Below the pieces are notes generated by a model, which saw nothing but the letters and a program-made list of their open reading frames with translations, made no database searches and was not told the DNA's origin. Positions 28,757 through 37,756 of a stretch of 64,000 nucleotides of DNA are shown here, in pieces. A program made the position numbers and the translations under genes. Origin of the DNA: Gemmatimonadota bacterium (GTDB taxonomy: Bacteria > Gemmatimonadota > Gemmatimonadetes > Longimicrobiales > Gaopeijiaceae); NCBI GenBank assembly GCA_039586035.1, contig JBDHLD010000014.1, forward strand, positions 1-64,000. The letters are read 5' to 3'. Positions within the stretch are counted from its first letter, which is position 1, and each line of letters begins with the position of its first letter.

Positions 28757-29410
28757 TCAGACCTCGTGGTCCCGGACATACGGGACAAGAGCCAGATATC
28801 GGGCACGCTTGATCGCCCGTCCGAGCTGACGCTGGAAGCGGGCCGTCACCTTCGTCGTCCGTTTCGGCAGGATCTTCCCCTGCTCTGTCATGAACCGCGA
28901 CAGCGTCGCCACGTCCTTGTAGTTCAGGAGCTCGATGGCAGGGCCCTCGATGCGCCGGCGCCGGCCGCGACCTCCGCTGAATTCGGGCGGAGCCGACCTG
29001 TGGGTCACGGCCGGGGCCTCCCCGTCGCCGTCACTCGTGTCGTCCTCGGCATCGCCTTCGCCCTCGTCGGCCTCCCGCACCCGCGTGTTGGGCTTCTGGA
29101 GGGACATGCCCTGCGTAGGCTCGCCTTCATTGAGCACCACCAAGTAGCGCATGATCTGCTCGTTCAGGCCGACGCGACGCTCGAACTCCGGCAACGCCTC
29201 GGGGTCCGTCCGAACCTGAGCGACCACGTAATAGCCGATCTTCTTCTTTTCGATCGGGTACGCGAGCTGCCGGGCCCCCCAGTGGTCCACGGCGACGATC
29301 TCGGCGCCGTCGACCTGGGTGAGCAGGTCGTGGTGCTGCTCCAGATGGAGGTTGACGCCGGCCTCGTCCAAGGCGGCGTCGAAGATGTAGACGATCTCGT
29401 AGAGACGCAT
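28757..29410 (-). CDS. Fused 30S ribosomal proteins S6 (N-terminal ~100 aa) and S18 (C-terminal ~75 aa) joined by an acidic linker
   Basis: The N-terminus [14 protein letters not shown]...[20 protein letters not shown]... is S6. The C-terminus [62 protein letters not shown] is S18. It is one continuous 217-codon frame with no stop between the two parts and no ssb/priB gene between them. Confidence 0.8.
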   Translation of the reverse strand: MRLYEIVYIFDAALDEAGVNLHLEQHHDLLTQVDGAEIVAVDHWGARQLAYPIEKKKIGYYVVAQVRTDPEALPEFERRVGLNEQIMRYLVVLNEGEPTQGMSLQKPNTRVREADEGEGDAEDDTSDGDGEAPAVTHRSAPPEFSGGRGRRRRIEGPAIELLNYKDVATLSRFMTEQGKILPKRTTKVTARFQRQLGRAIKRARYLALVPYVRDHEV

Positions 29411-29850
29411 GATACGACTCTCCCTCGGTCCGTCGTGAAAACGCGGGCCCCGCCTCTATGGACGGAGCGGGATGAGCCTGTAAAGATATCGCTCCGCACG
29501 CCCTCGGTGGAAGGGGTAAGGGGCGCGGTCTACGCAGGGTCACGCGTGCGGCGACCGACCCCGTGCGTTCCGGACCCCACGCGCCGGCCGAACGGGCCCG
29601 GCACCGGGCAAGGCACCGCCGGGCGGCCTTGCGCCCTGGACGCGTCGAGCGGACAATCCACTTGGTGTCATCCGGGTTGCCCCGGGGACCGAGCAGAGCC
29701 GGTCGTGCCTCCTCCCCGCCCGTGCCCTCCACGGCAGCCCGTAGAAGGCGACGCCGTTTAGATCCGTATGCAGGGTACATCCAAGAACGGAGCCGGAGGA
29801 CGCGGGCCTGGGCCCGGGTTCCCCAGCTCCCCCGCGCCGGACGCTTCGCG

Positions 29851-30447
29851 ATGGCCGTAGCCTATGTCTTCGCCCTGGTGTTGGGCGGTGGATTCATGGC
29901 CCTCTCCCTCCTCGGCGACGTGGCGGGAGGCGGCGACGTGGCCGACGTCGATCTGGACGTGGATTTCGACGTCGACGCCGACGCGGGTGGAGGCAGCGAC
30001 GTCAACGCGTTCAAGATCCTTTCGCTGCGGACGCTGGTGTACGCCTTGTTCGGGTTCGGAGCCGTCGGGACCATCCTCAGCCAGCTGTGGGGAGGAGCGC
30101 GGGAGCCCCAAACGGCCCTCTTCGCCACGGCAGGTGGTGTCGCCACCGGTTTCATCGCGTCGGCGCTGTTCGGGTTCCTGAAGCGGTCGGAGGTCGGAGA
30201 CCGGGCCGGAGACACCAGCTTCGTAGGACTCCCGGGCGTCGTCAGCCTGCCCATGGGGTCCGGTTCTCCCGGGCAGGTGACCGTGCTGCGCGGCGACCGG
30301 AGCTACCGCATTCGGGCGCTGCCCCATGACACCGCGGGGCATCTGGACCCGCAGGCGTGGAAAGAAGTGCTCGTGGTGGAGATGGAAGGGGGCATCGCCC
30401 GCGTGGTTCCGGTGGATGAGGAGCTCCGCCTCCCGGACGGCGGCTGA
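29851..30447 (+). CDS. NfeD-like membrane protein (YuaF/YqiJ-like; C-terminal OB-fold) with acidic DV-repeat segment
   Basis: Two TM helices, then (DVDLDVDFDVDAD), two more TM helices, and a C-terminal beta-barrel (GQVTVLRGDRSYRIRALPHD...VLVVEMEGGIARVVPV) typical of NfeD partners of SPFH proteins. It lies directly upstream of the flotillin gene. The track ORF start at 29563 is an Arg-rich artefact; the ATG is at 29851. Confidence 0.65.
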   Translation: MAVAYVFALVLGGGFMALSLLGDVAGGGDVADVDLDVDFDVDADAGGGSDVNAFKILSLRTLVYALFGFGAVGTILSQLWGGAREPQTALFATAGGVATGFIASALFGFLKRSEVGDRAGDTSFVGLPGVVSLPMGSGSPGQVTVLRGDRSYRIRALPHDTAGHLDPQAWKEVLVVEMEGGIARVVPVDEELRLPDGG

Positions 30448-30534
30448 CGCGCCCGACCAGGAGCGGAACCGGTGCTTGGTGACGTGGAGCCGATGTCAAT
30501 CGACCGGTAACTGATCGCATTCGATTCGGAGGAT

Positions 30535-31884
30535 ATGATGGACCAGATGCTCGCAGGTGGGGCCGCAATCGGCTTTGCCGTTCTCTTCGCCGTGTTCGTC
30601 GCGATCCTGACGATCAAGTCGCTCATTATCATCGTCCCACCCAACGAGGCGGCCGTCATCACGGGGCGGAGCCGGAGCCTGCCGGACGGCCAGAAGGTCG
30701 GCTACCGCTCGATGATCGGTGGAAGAACGCTGCGCATCCCCATCATCGAAGCCGTCGAGTGGGTCAGTCTCGAGACGATTCCCATCGAGGTGGGTGTCAG
30801 CAACGCCTTCTCGAAGGGGAACATCCCTCTGACCGTCGAGGCCATCGCCAACGTCAAGATCGCCTCCGAGCCCGAGACGGTGTTCAACAACGCAGTGGAG
30901 CGACTCCTCGGGAAGTCGGAGCAGGAGGTCAAGCTCCTGGCCAAGGACACGCTGATGGGGAACCTCCGGGGCGTGTTGGCCACCTTGACGCCCGAGGAGG
31001 TGAACGAGGACCGACTCGGCTTCGCCAAGGCGCTGGCCGAAGATGCCGGCGAGGACCTGGCGGCCCTGGGGTTCCACCTGGACGTGCTGAAGATCCAGAA
31101 CGTGAGCGACGAGCGGGGCTACCTCGAGGCCATCGGTCGGAAGCGCGCGGCCGAGGCCGTGCGGGACGCCGAGATCGCCGAGGCTGACGCGGACGCAGAG
31201 ACGCGGGAGCGGCAGGCCGAAGCGAAGCAGCGGGCCGAGGTCAAGGAAGCCGAGGCCGACATCCGGATCGCCGAGGCGAAGAACGCCCTGCGTGTGCGGG
31301 AGGCGGAGCTCGACCAGGAGGCCCAGATCGCGGAGCGCACGGCGCAGGTGAGGGCAGAGCAGGCAGAGGTGGAGGCCCAGAAGGTGCTGGAGGAGCGGCG
31401 AGTCGAGAAGGAACAGGAACGGCTTCGGGCCGACGTCGTGGAGCCCGCCAACGCGGCCCGGGAGGCGGCCTTTGCGGAGGCCCAGGCCGAGGCGGCACCG
31501 ATCCTGGAGCGCGGCAAGGCCCAGGTCCAGGTGCTCCGCCGTCTCTACGAAGAGGTGCAGAAGGGAGGCGAGCATGGGTTCGCCGTGTTCCTGGCGGAGA
31601 AGCTCCCGGAGCTCCTCGGGATCGCGGTCGGCGCCGTGAAGGACGTGGACATCGACCGCCTGGTGGTCCTCGACGGGGGCACCGGCAGCGGGGCTAGCAA
31701 CGCGGTCAACCAGAAGATCCAAGGCGCCTACGGGACCATGGAGGGGCTGGCATCGGCGCTGGGCATCGATATCCAGGCCGTCCTCGAGGGAGCGACCGCC
31801 CGTGTCGCCCAGCTCCCGGCCGAAAGCGACGGAAACGGAGCGCCGAGCCCGCAGATCGCGCGACCGAGCGGCGAGACCCTCTGA
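30535..31884 (+). CDS. Flotillin-family SPFH/band-7 protein (FloT/YqiK-like)
   Basis: N-terminal TM helix, SPFH domain, then a long A/E-rich flotillin coiled-coil region (AEADADAETRERQAEAKQRAEVKEAEADIRIAEAK...). Confidence 0.85.
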   Translation: MMDQMLAGGAAIGFAVLFAVFVAILTIKSLIIIVPPNEAAVITGRSRSLPDGQKVGYRSMIGGRTLRIPIIEAVEWVSLETIPIEVGVSNAFSKGNIPLTVEAIANVKIASEPETVFNNAVERLLGKSEQEVKLLAKDTLMGNLRGVLATLTPEEVNEDRLGFAKALAEDAGEDLAALGFHLDVLKIQNVSDERGYLEAIGRKRAAEAVRDAEIAEADADAETRERQAEAKQRAEVKEAEADIRIAEAKNALRVREAELDQEAQIAERTAQVRAEQAEVEAQKVLEERRVEKEQERLRADVVEPANAAREAAFAEAQAEAAPILERGKAQVQVLRRLYEEVQKGGEHGFAVFLAEKLPELLGIAVGAVKDVDIDRLVVLDGGTGSGASNAVNQKIQGAYGTMEGLASALGIDIQAVLEGATARVAQLPAESDGNGAPSPQIARPSGETL

Positions 31885-31917
31885 CCGGGGGGCGACGCGG
31901 TCGCCCACGACCCCGAC

Positions 31918-31959
31918 GAGAAACGACCCCGCAGGCAGAAGCCGCGGGGTCGTTTCTCC
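31918..31959. terminator. Bidirectional terminator-like perfect inverted repeat between the convergent flotillin and M20-peptidase genes
   Basis: GAAACGACCCCGC-(aggcagaagc)-CGCGGGGTCGTTTC: a stem of 12 bp or more, exactly between the two convergent stops (31884, 31998). Confidence 0.45.
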
Positions 31960-31997
31960 TTGCGGATCGCGCGGGTCCTCGCCGGCTCGGGGTCGGC

Positions 31998-33194
31998 CTA
32001 CCGCAAGGATCCCTGCACGGCCAGGATCAAGTCCGGGTACCGAGACAGGGCCCAGCGTGCCTCGTCCAGGTCGAGCCGCTCCCGGTTCGTGTGCGCGAAG
32101 CGTTCCTCGCCCGGAGCAAAGCCCAGCGTCGGTATGCCATGAATCCCGCGGCTCCAGCCACCGTCGGTGGCGAAGGCCCACGGGCGCACCGTGGCGGGTC
32201 CCACGCCGTCCCGGCGGCCCACGGCCCGAGCCGCGGCCTGGATCATCGGAGCGTCCGCGTCCATGAGAAAGCCGGGGGTGAACAGCCGACGATCCCGGTG
32301 CAAGCCCGTGTAGGTTCCCTGCCGCTCCCGGGCCATCTGGACCTCGATTCGGAAGCCCCCGGGCACGGTCGGCAGCCGCCGCGCGATGGCCTCCTGCACG
32401 GACCGGATGAGACCCTCGTCGGTGGAATCGGGGAGGACCCGCCAGTCGATGACGACAGTCACCCGGTCGGGGATGACGTTCCGGCTCTCGGGAAGCACGT
32501 CGATGCCCGTGGCGACCAGGCTTGCACGGCCCAGAACCGGATCGGCGGGTTGGTCTGCCGCGAGATCCTGGATGGCGGCCAAGACCGACGGAACCAGGTC
32601 GAGAGCGTTCCGCGCCCGGTCGGGGACGCTGGCGTGTCCCGCAAGTCCGTGAAGGACGACTTCCAGCTCGCCCCGTCCGCGGTGCCCGATGGCGATGTCG
32701 CCTTTGGTAGCCTCGCCGATGATCACGGCATCCGGCTTCACGCCGCCGGACTCGATCAGGTGCTCCATGCCCCAACCGCCCCGCTCCTCCAGGACCGTGT
32801 GGGCCACCACCACGTCGCCCTCGGTCCGCCCCATGAGCGAGGCTGCGGCGTACGTCTGCAGCGCGAGGGGGCCCTTGATGTCCATGGCCCCCCGTCCATG
32901 GAGGCAGCCGTCCGCGACCACCCCCCCGTAGGGCGGGTGCTCCCACTCGGCCGGGTCCCCCTCCGCCACCACGTCCACGTGGCTGTTGAGCATGACCGTG
33001 GGCGCCCGGCCGGAGCCGGGCACGACGCCGATCACGTTGCCCACCTCGTCGGTACGAACCTGGGTGAACCCCAGGGCCACCATCTCGTCCTGCACGCGTC
33101 GAACCACCGGCTCTTCCTGCCCGGGCGGCGACGGCAGGCGGATCAAGTCCTGGGCGAACGCCAGGGCGTTCTCGAAGGTGGCGTCCTTCGTCAC
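31998..33194 (-). CDS. M20-family metallopeptidase/deacylase (ArgE/DapE/YgeY-like)
   Basis: Metal-binding blocks HVDVV, GRGAMDIKG, EERGG and a dimerisation domain; 398 aa. Confidence 0.8.
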   Translation of the reverse strand: MTKDATFENALAFAQDLIRLPSPPGQEEPVVRRVQDEMVALGFTQVRTDEVGNVIGVVPGSGRAPTVMLNSHVDVVAEGDPAEWEHPPYGGVVADGCLHGRGAMDIKGPLALQTYAAASLMGRTEGDVVVAHTVLEERGGWGMEHLIESGGVKPDAVIIGEATKGDIAIGHRGRGELEVVLHGLAGHASVPDRARNALDLVPSVLAAIQDLAADQPADPVLGRASLVATGIDVLPESRNVIPDRVTVVIDWRVLPDSTDEGLIRSVQEAIARRLPTVPGGFRIEVQMARERQGTYTGLHRDRRLFTPGFLMDADAPMIQAAARAVGRRDGVGPATVRPWAFATDGGWSRGIHGIPTLGFAPGEERFAHTNRERLDLDEARWALSRYPDLILAVQGSLR

Positions 33195-33213
33195 GGCAGC
33201 TCCCGGCCTCGCG

Positions 33214-35334
33214 CTAACCGAGGAAGCGGGTCACCAGATCGGTGATCCACGAGGTGGCGTCCAAGTCCAGCCCGTGGATCCTCACGAACCACGGTGCCAA
33301 CACCAGGGCCACCACGCTCATGAGCTTGATCAGGATGTTCAGGGACGGACCGGAAGTGTCCTTGAACGGATCACCCACCGTGTCTCCGACGACGGCCGCC
33401 TTGTGGGGATCCGACCCTTTGCCTCCCATGGCCCCCCCCTCGATGTACTTCTTGGCGTTGTCCCAAGCGCCCCCGGCGTTGGCCATGAACAGGGCCATGA
33501 GCACGCCCGTCACGGTGGCCCCGGCGAGGAGGCCGCCCAGGGCCTCGACGCCCAAGAACGCGCCCACCAGCACGGGAGCCAGGACGGCCGTCACCCCGGG
33601 CAGGATCATCTCTCGCAAGGCCGCCCGGGTGGAGATGTCCACGCATCGCGCCGAGTCGGGCTTGGCCGTGCCCTCCATCAGCCCCGGTATCTCCCGGAAC
33701 TGGCGCCTCACCTCCTCCACCATCCCGGCGGCGGCACGGCCAACTGCGGTCATGGTCAGGGCGGCGACGAAGAACGGCAGCATGCCGCCCAGGAGCAGTC
33801 CGACGACCACGGTGGGGTCCACGATGCTGATCCCCGTATCCAGCAGCCCCACCGCCGAGGCGTAGGCCGAGAAGAGCGCCAACGCCGTGAGCGCCGCCGA
33901 ACCGATGGCGAAGCCCTTGCCGATGGCCGCCGTTGTGTTGCCGATCGCGTCCAGCGAGTCGGTGATGGCGCGGGTCTCGGGTCCGAGACCGCTCATCTCG
34001 CTGATGCCCCCGGCGTTGTCGGCCACCGGTCCGTAGGCGTCCACCGACATGGTCACGCCGACGGTGGCCAGCATGCCCACGGCCGCGATGCCGATTCCGT
34101 ACAGGCCGGCGAAGAAGTGCGACACGCCGATGGCCGTGGCGATGAGGATCACTGGCACTGCAGTGGATTCCATTCCGACCGCCAGGCCGGTGATGATGTT
34201 CGTCGCGGCGCCCGTGCGGCTCGCCTCGGCGATGCGCCGGACGGGACCTGCCGCCGTGTAGTACTCGGTGGCCAAGCCGATCAGGATGCCCGTCAGGGTT
34301 CCCGACAGCAGCGCCCAGAAAGGCCCGGCGGACGGGTACGCGCTTCCCGACGCGTCCAACATCCGGAAGCCCATGGAGTCGATGATGAAGTACATCGCCA
34401 CGAGGAACAGCCCGGCGGCGATGAAAGTGACGTTGCGCAGCGCCCCGGCCGGATCGGTCCGCTCCAGGACCTTCATCATTCCGATCCCCACCAGGGAGGC
34501 CACCAGCCCCACCATCACCGCGACGACCGGCAGGGCCACCGCCTCGATCCGGTTCGAGGCCAACGCGGTAGCCGAGGCCCCGATGGCGATGGTGGCCACG
34601 ATGGAGCCGACGTACGACTCGAAGATGTCGGCACCCATGCCCGCCACGTCACCCACGTTGTCGCCCACGTTGTCGGCGATGGTGGCCGGATTCCGCGGGT
34701 CGTCCTCCGGGATGCCGGCCTCGACCTTGCCGACCAGGTCGGCGCCGACGTCCGCCGCCTTGGTGTAGATCCCGCCACCGACGCGGGCGAACAGGGCGAT
34801 GGAGCTGGCGCCCATGGCGAAGCCCGACACGATCTCGGCGAACCTGGGAAGGTCACCGGTGCCCGGAATGGCGTCGGCCGCGTAGATCCAGTACAGGACC
34901 CCGAGCCCCAGCAGCCCCAACGACGCCACGGCCAGGCCCATGACGCCGCCGCCGAAGAAGGCAATGCGCAAGGCCTTGCCTTGGCCTTCCTGGTTGGCGG
35001 CGGCCGACGTGCGCACGTTCGCGCGCGTCGCGGCCTTCATCCCGAAGAAGCCCGCCGAGACCGAGCAAAGGGCGCCGAACAGATACGCGATGGCGGTCTG
35101 GGGTGAGATGGCAAGGCCCAGCAGCACCGCGACCACCGCGACGAAGACCGCCAGCACGGTATATTCGCGCCGGAGAAACGCCATGGCACCGTCGTGGATC
35201 TGATTGGCCAGATCGACCATGACGTCAGTCCCGGGATCCTGCTTCTTGACATAGCCGTAGGTGAATCCGGCCGTGCCCAGACCGATCAGGCCCAACAGCC
35301 AGGCCCAATCCGTCAGCGTCACGAAGTCGGTCAT
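33214..35334 (-). CDS. hppA: Membrane-bound H+/Na+-translocating pyrophosphatase
   Basis: 706 aa polytopic protein with V-PPase signatures ([57 protein letters not shown]). Confidence 0.9.
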   Translation of the reverse strand: MTDFVTLTDWAWLLGLIGLGTAGFTYGYVKKQDPGTDVMVDLANQIHDGAMAFLRREYTVLAVFVAVVAVLLGLAISPQTAIAYLFGALCSVSAGFFGMKAATRANVRTSAAANQEGQGKALRIAFFGGGVMGLAVASLGLLGLGVLYWIYAADAIPGTGDLPRFAEIVSGFAMGASSIALFARVGGGIYTKAADVGADLVGKVEAGIPEDDPRNPATIADNVGDNVGDVAGMGADIFESYVGSIVATIAIGASATALASNRIEAVALPVVAVMVGLVASLVGIGMMKVLERTDPAGALRNVTFIAAGLFLVAMYFIIDSMGFRMLDASGSAYPSAGPFWALLSGTLTGILIGLATEYYTAAGPVRRIAEASRTGAATNIITGLAVGMESTAVPVILIATAIGVSHFFAGLYGIGIAAVGMLATVGVTMSVDAYGPVADNAGGISEMSGLGPETRAITDSLDAIGNTTAAIGKGFAIGSAALTALALFSAYASAVGLLDTGISIVDPTVVVGLLLGGMLPFFVAALTMTAVGRAAAGMVEEVRRQFREIPGLMEGTAKPDSARCVDISTRAALREMILPGVTAVLAPVLVGAFLGVEALGGLLAGATVTGVLMALFMANAGGAWDNAKKYIEGGAMGGKGSDPHKAAVVGDTVGDPFKDTSGPSLNILIKLMSVVALVLAPWFVRIHGLDLDATSWITDLVTRFLG

Positions 35335-35385
35335 TCAGCGACCCTTTCTCGGTTCCTCATTGTCGTGTGGAGGCGGCTCGGTCGG

Positions 35386-35949
35386 TCACCGGTTGTACCG
35401 GTTCATCGCCGCCTCGATTCCCTCTGCGATCCACGTTTCCACGGCGCGGGTCAGCTCCGGAAGGAGCCTCACCACGACCTCTTCATCCGACTCGGTCATG
35501 GGCGAAAGGACCCAGGCCGCCAGGTCCGCCCCGGCGGGCGCCACGCCCACCCCCACCCGCAGGCGGGGGTAGTCATCGGTGCCCAGGGTGCTGGACACCG
35601 ACCTCAGCCCGTTGTGTCCGCCGGCTCCTCCTCGGGGACGCAAACGGACCCGCCCGACGTCCAGGGCCGCGTCGTCGACGACGACCAACAGGTCGCGAGC
35701 GGGCTCGAAGCCAGGCACCGTGGAGAGGGGGGCCAGGGCCCACCCACTCCGGTTCATGTATGCGGTGGGCTTGATCAGCCGAACGTCGTGGTCGTTCACG
35801 GTGCCGTCGACGGCGACGGCGAAGCCCCGCTGCCGGAAGGCACCGAAATCCCAGTCGTACGCCAGCCGATCCAGCACCCACCACCCGACGTTGTGCCGGG
35901 TTTCGTCGTACTCGGACCCGGGGTTCCCGAGGCCGGCGACGACCTTCAT
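35386..35949 (-). CDS. pth: Peptidyl-tRNA hydrolase
   Basis: MKVVAGLGNPGSEYDETRHNVG... GHNGLRS motif; 187 aa. Confidence 0.9.
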   Translation of the reverse strand: MKVVAGLGNPGSEYDETRHNVGWWVLDRLAYDWDFGAFRQRGFAVAVDGTVNDHDVRLIKPTAYMNRSGWALAPLSTVPGFEPARDLLVVVDDAALDVGRVRLRPRGGAGGHNGLRSVSSTLGTDDYPRLRVGVGVAPAGADLAAWVLSPMTESDEEVVVRLLPELTRAVETWIAEGIEAAMNRYNR

Positions 35950-35976
35950 GCGAAGTGGCGTCGAGTGGGAAGTGGC

Positions 35977-36654
35977 CTAGCCCTCTGCCTCTTCGCCCTC
36001 TCCTTCTGCCTCTGCAGCCTCGCCCGTGACGGCCTCGGCAGCCTCTGCCGCCTCGCCTTCGAGCTCCTCTTCCTCCACGACTTCCTCTTCGGCCCTCGGC
36101 GCCGCGACGGCGGCCAGGGTCCGCTCCGGGTCCATGAGCAACTCGATGCCCTCGCCGATCTCCAGGTCGTAGGCGTGGATGGAGTCACCCACGTTCAGCC
36201 CCGTCACGTCCACCGTGATGGCCTCGGGGATATTGGAGGGGAGGCACTTGATGGGAATCACGTGGAAGACCTGCTCCAGCGTGCCACCGTTGCGCACGCC
36301 CTCGGGCGTGCCCTCCAGCTCCAGCGGGACCTCGACTTCCACGGCCACGCCCTTCTGGATCCGGTAGAAGTCGATATGGATGAGCTCGGGTCGGTACGGA
36401 TGAGTCTGGACCTCCCGGACCAGCGTCGGCAAAGGCCTCCGCTCGCCCTCGATCTTCAGATCGACGATGGTGCTCGCCACCGAGATCCCCTGGAAAAGGT
36501 GCTCCGCCTCGTGGGCGTCAACCGCCAGGGAGACCGCCTCCATGTCCTTGCCGTATACGACGGCCGGCACCTGACCCGCGGTCCGCAGCTTGCGCGCGAC
36601 GCCCTTGCCGGTGCCTTCGCGCTTGGTCGCGCTCAACGTTGCATTCTCGCTCAT
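35977..36654 (-). CDS. rplY: 50S ribosomal protein L25 / general stress protein Ctc (long form with acidic tail)
   Basis: ATKREGTGKGVARKLRTAGQVPAVVYG...; C-terminal Glu/Ala-rich tail; prs-ctc-pth gene order. Confidence 0.85.
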   Translation of the reverse strand: MSENATLSATKREGTGKGVARKLRTAGQVPAVVYGKDMEAVSLAVDAHEAEHLFQGISVASTIVDLKIEGERRPLPTLVREVQTHPYRPELIHIDFYRIQKGVAVEVEVPLELEGTPEGVRNGGTLEQVFHVIPIKCLPSNIPEAITVDVTGLNVGDSIHAYDLEIGEGIELLMDPERTLAAVAAPRAEEEVVEEEELEGEAAEAAEAVTGEAAEAEGEGEEAEG

Positions 36655-36664
36655 GACGCTCGTC

Positions 36665-37642
36665 CTACGACTGGTGAGTGGGCTCGAGGGTCTCCGACCC
36701 GTGGCTCGTCCCGTGAGGCCGGATTTCGAAGAGCTCGCTCACGGACTCGTTCGAGTGGGTGTTGACGATGGCATCCGCCAGAAGGCCTGCCACCGAGAGG
36801 ATCCGCAGCCTGTCAAAGCGCCGCTCCTCGGGCACGTGGATGCTGTTGGTGACCACGAGCTCCTCCAACGGCGCGGCGGAGAGCTTTTCGGCCGCCGTCC
36901 CCGAGAGGAGGGCGTGCGTGCCGCAGGCGTAGACCTTGGTGGCGCCCCGTTCCTTGAGTGCATGCACCGCGTTCGCCATGGTGCCGCCCGTGTCCACCAT
37001 GTCGTCGGTGATCAGGCAGGGGCGCCCCTCCACCTCACCGACCACGTTGAGCACCTGAGCCACGTTGGCGCGCGGCCGACGCTTGTCGATGATGGCCAGC
37101 GACGCCCCCAACCGCTTCGCGTAGCCCCGGGCCATCTTGGCGGACCCCACGTCCGGCGCCACCACGACCAGATCCTCGAGCTCGAGGCTGCGGAAGTAGT
37201 CGATCAGGACGGGACGGCCATAGAGGTGGTCGACCGGGATGTCGAAGAAGCTGGCGATCTGGTGCTGGTGGAAGTCGATCCCCAAGACGCGATCCGCACC
37301 CGCCGCCTCGATGAGGTTCGCCACCAGCTTCGCCCCAACGGACACGCGTGGCTGGTCCTTCCGGTCCTGACGACCGTAGCCGAAGTAGGGGATCACCGCC
37401 GTGACGCGAGCCGCCGAGGCCCGCATCGCCGCGTCGATCAGGAGCAACAGCTCCATGAGGTTCTCGGCAGGGGCCGGCGTGGGCTGGATGATGAAGACGT
37501 CCCGTCCACGGACGTTCTCGTCGATCCTGACGAAGATCTCGCCGTCGGCGAAGTCCTCGATCGTGACGCCCAAGGTCGTCTGGCCGATCCGATCTCCGAT
37601 CTCCATGGCCAGCGAACGATTGGCCCGCCCGGCCAGGAGCAT
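36665..37642 (-). CDS. prs: Ribose-phosphate pyrophosphokinase (PRPP synthetase)
   Basis: MLLAGRANRSLAMEIGDRIG..., PRPP-binding loop (VVAPDVGSAKMARGYA) and DxxDTGGT (ITDDMVDTGGT). The track start at 37693 is probably extended; an ATG at 37642 gives the canonical N-terminus. Confidence 0.9.
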   Translation of the reverse strand: MLLAGRANRSLAMEIGDRIGQTTLGVTIEDFADGEIFVRIDENVRGRDVFIIQPTPAPAENLMELLLLIDAAMRASAARVTAVIPYFGYGRQDRKDQPRVSVGAKLVANLIEAAGADRVLGIDFHQHQIASFFDIPVDHLYGRPVLIDYFRSLELEDLVVVAPDVGSAKMARGYAKRLGASLAIIDKRRPRANVAQVLNVVGEVEGRPCLITDDMVDTGGTMANAVHALKERGATKVYACGTHALLSGTAAEKLSAAPLEELVVTNSIHVPEERRFDRLRILSVAGLLADAIVNTHSNESVSELFEIRPHGTSHGSETLEPTHQS

Positions 37643-37756
37643 CAGCGGGCCTCTTTGGAAGGTGTAGTCCATATTCCTGGAGGTCGGATCCAATGATAGT
37701 TGCGACAGCCCGCTAAGTTAGAGACGGGTCCAGGTGCCGTCAACGTGGAAGCGGCG

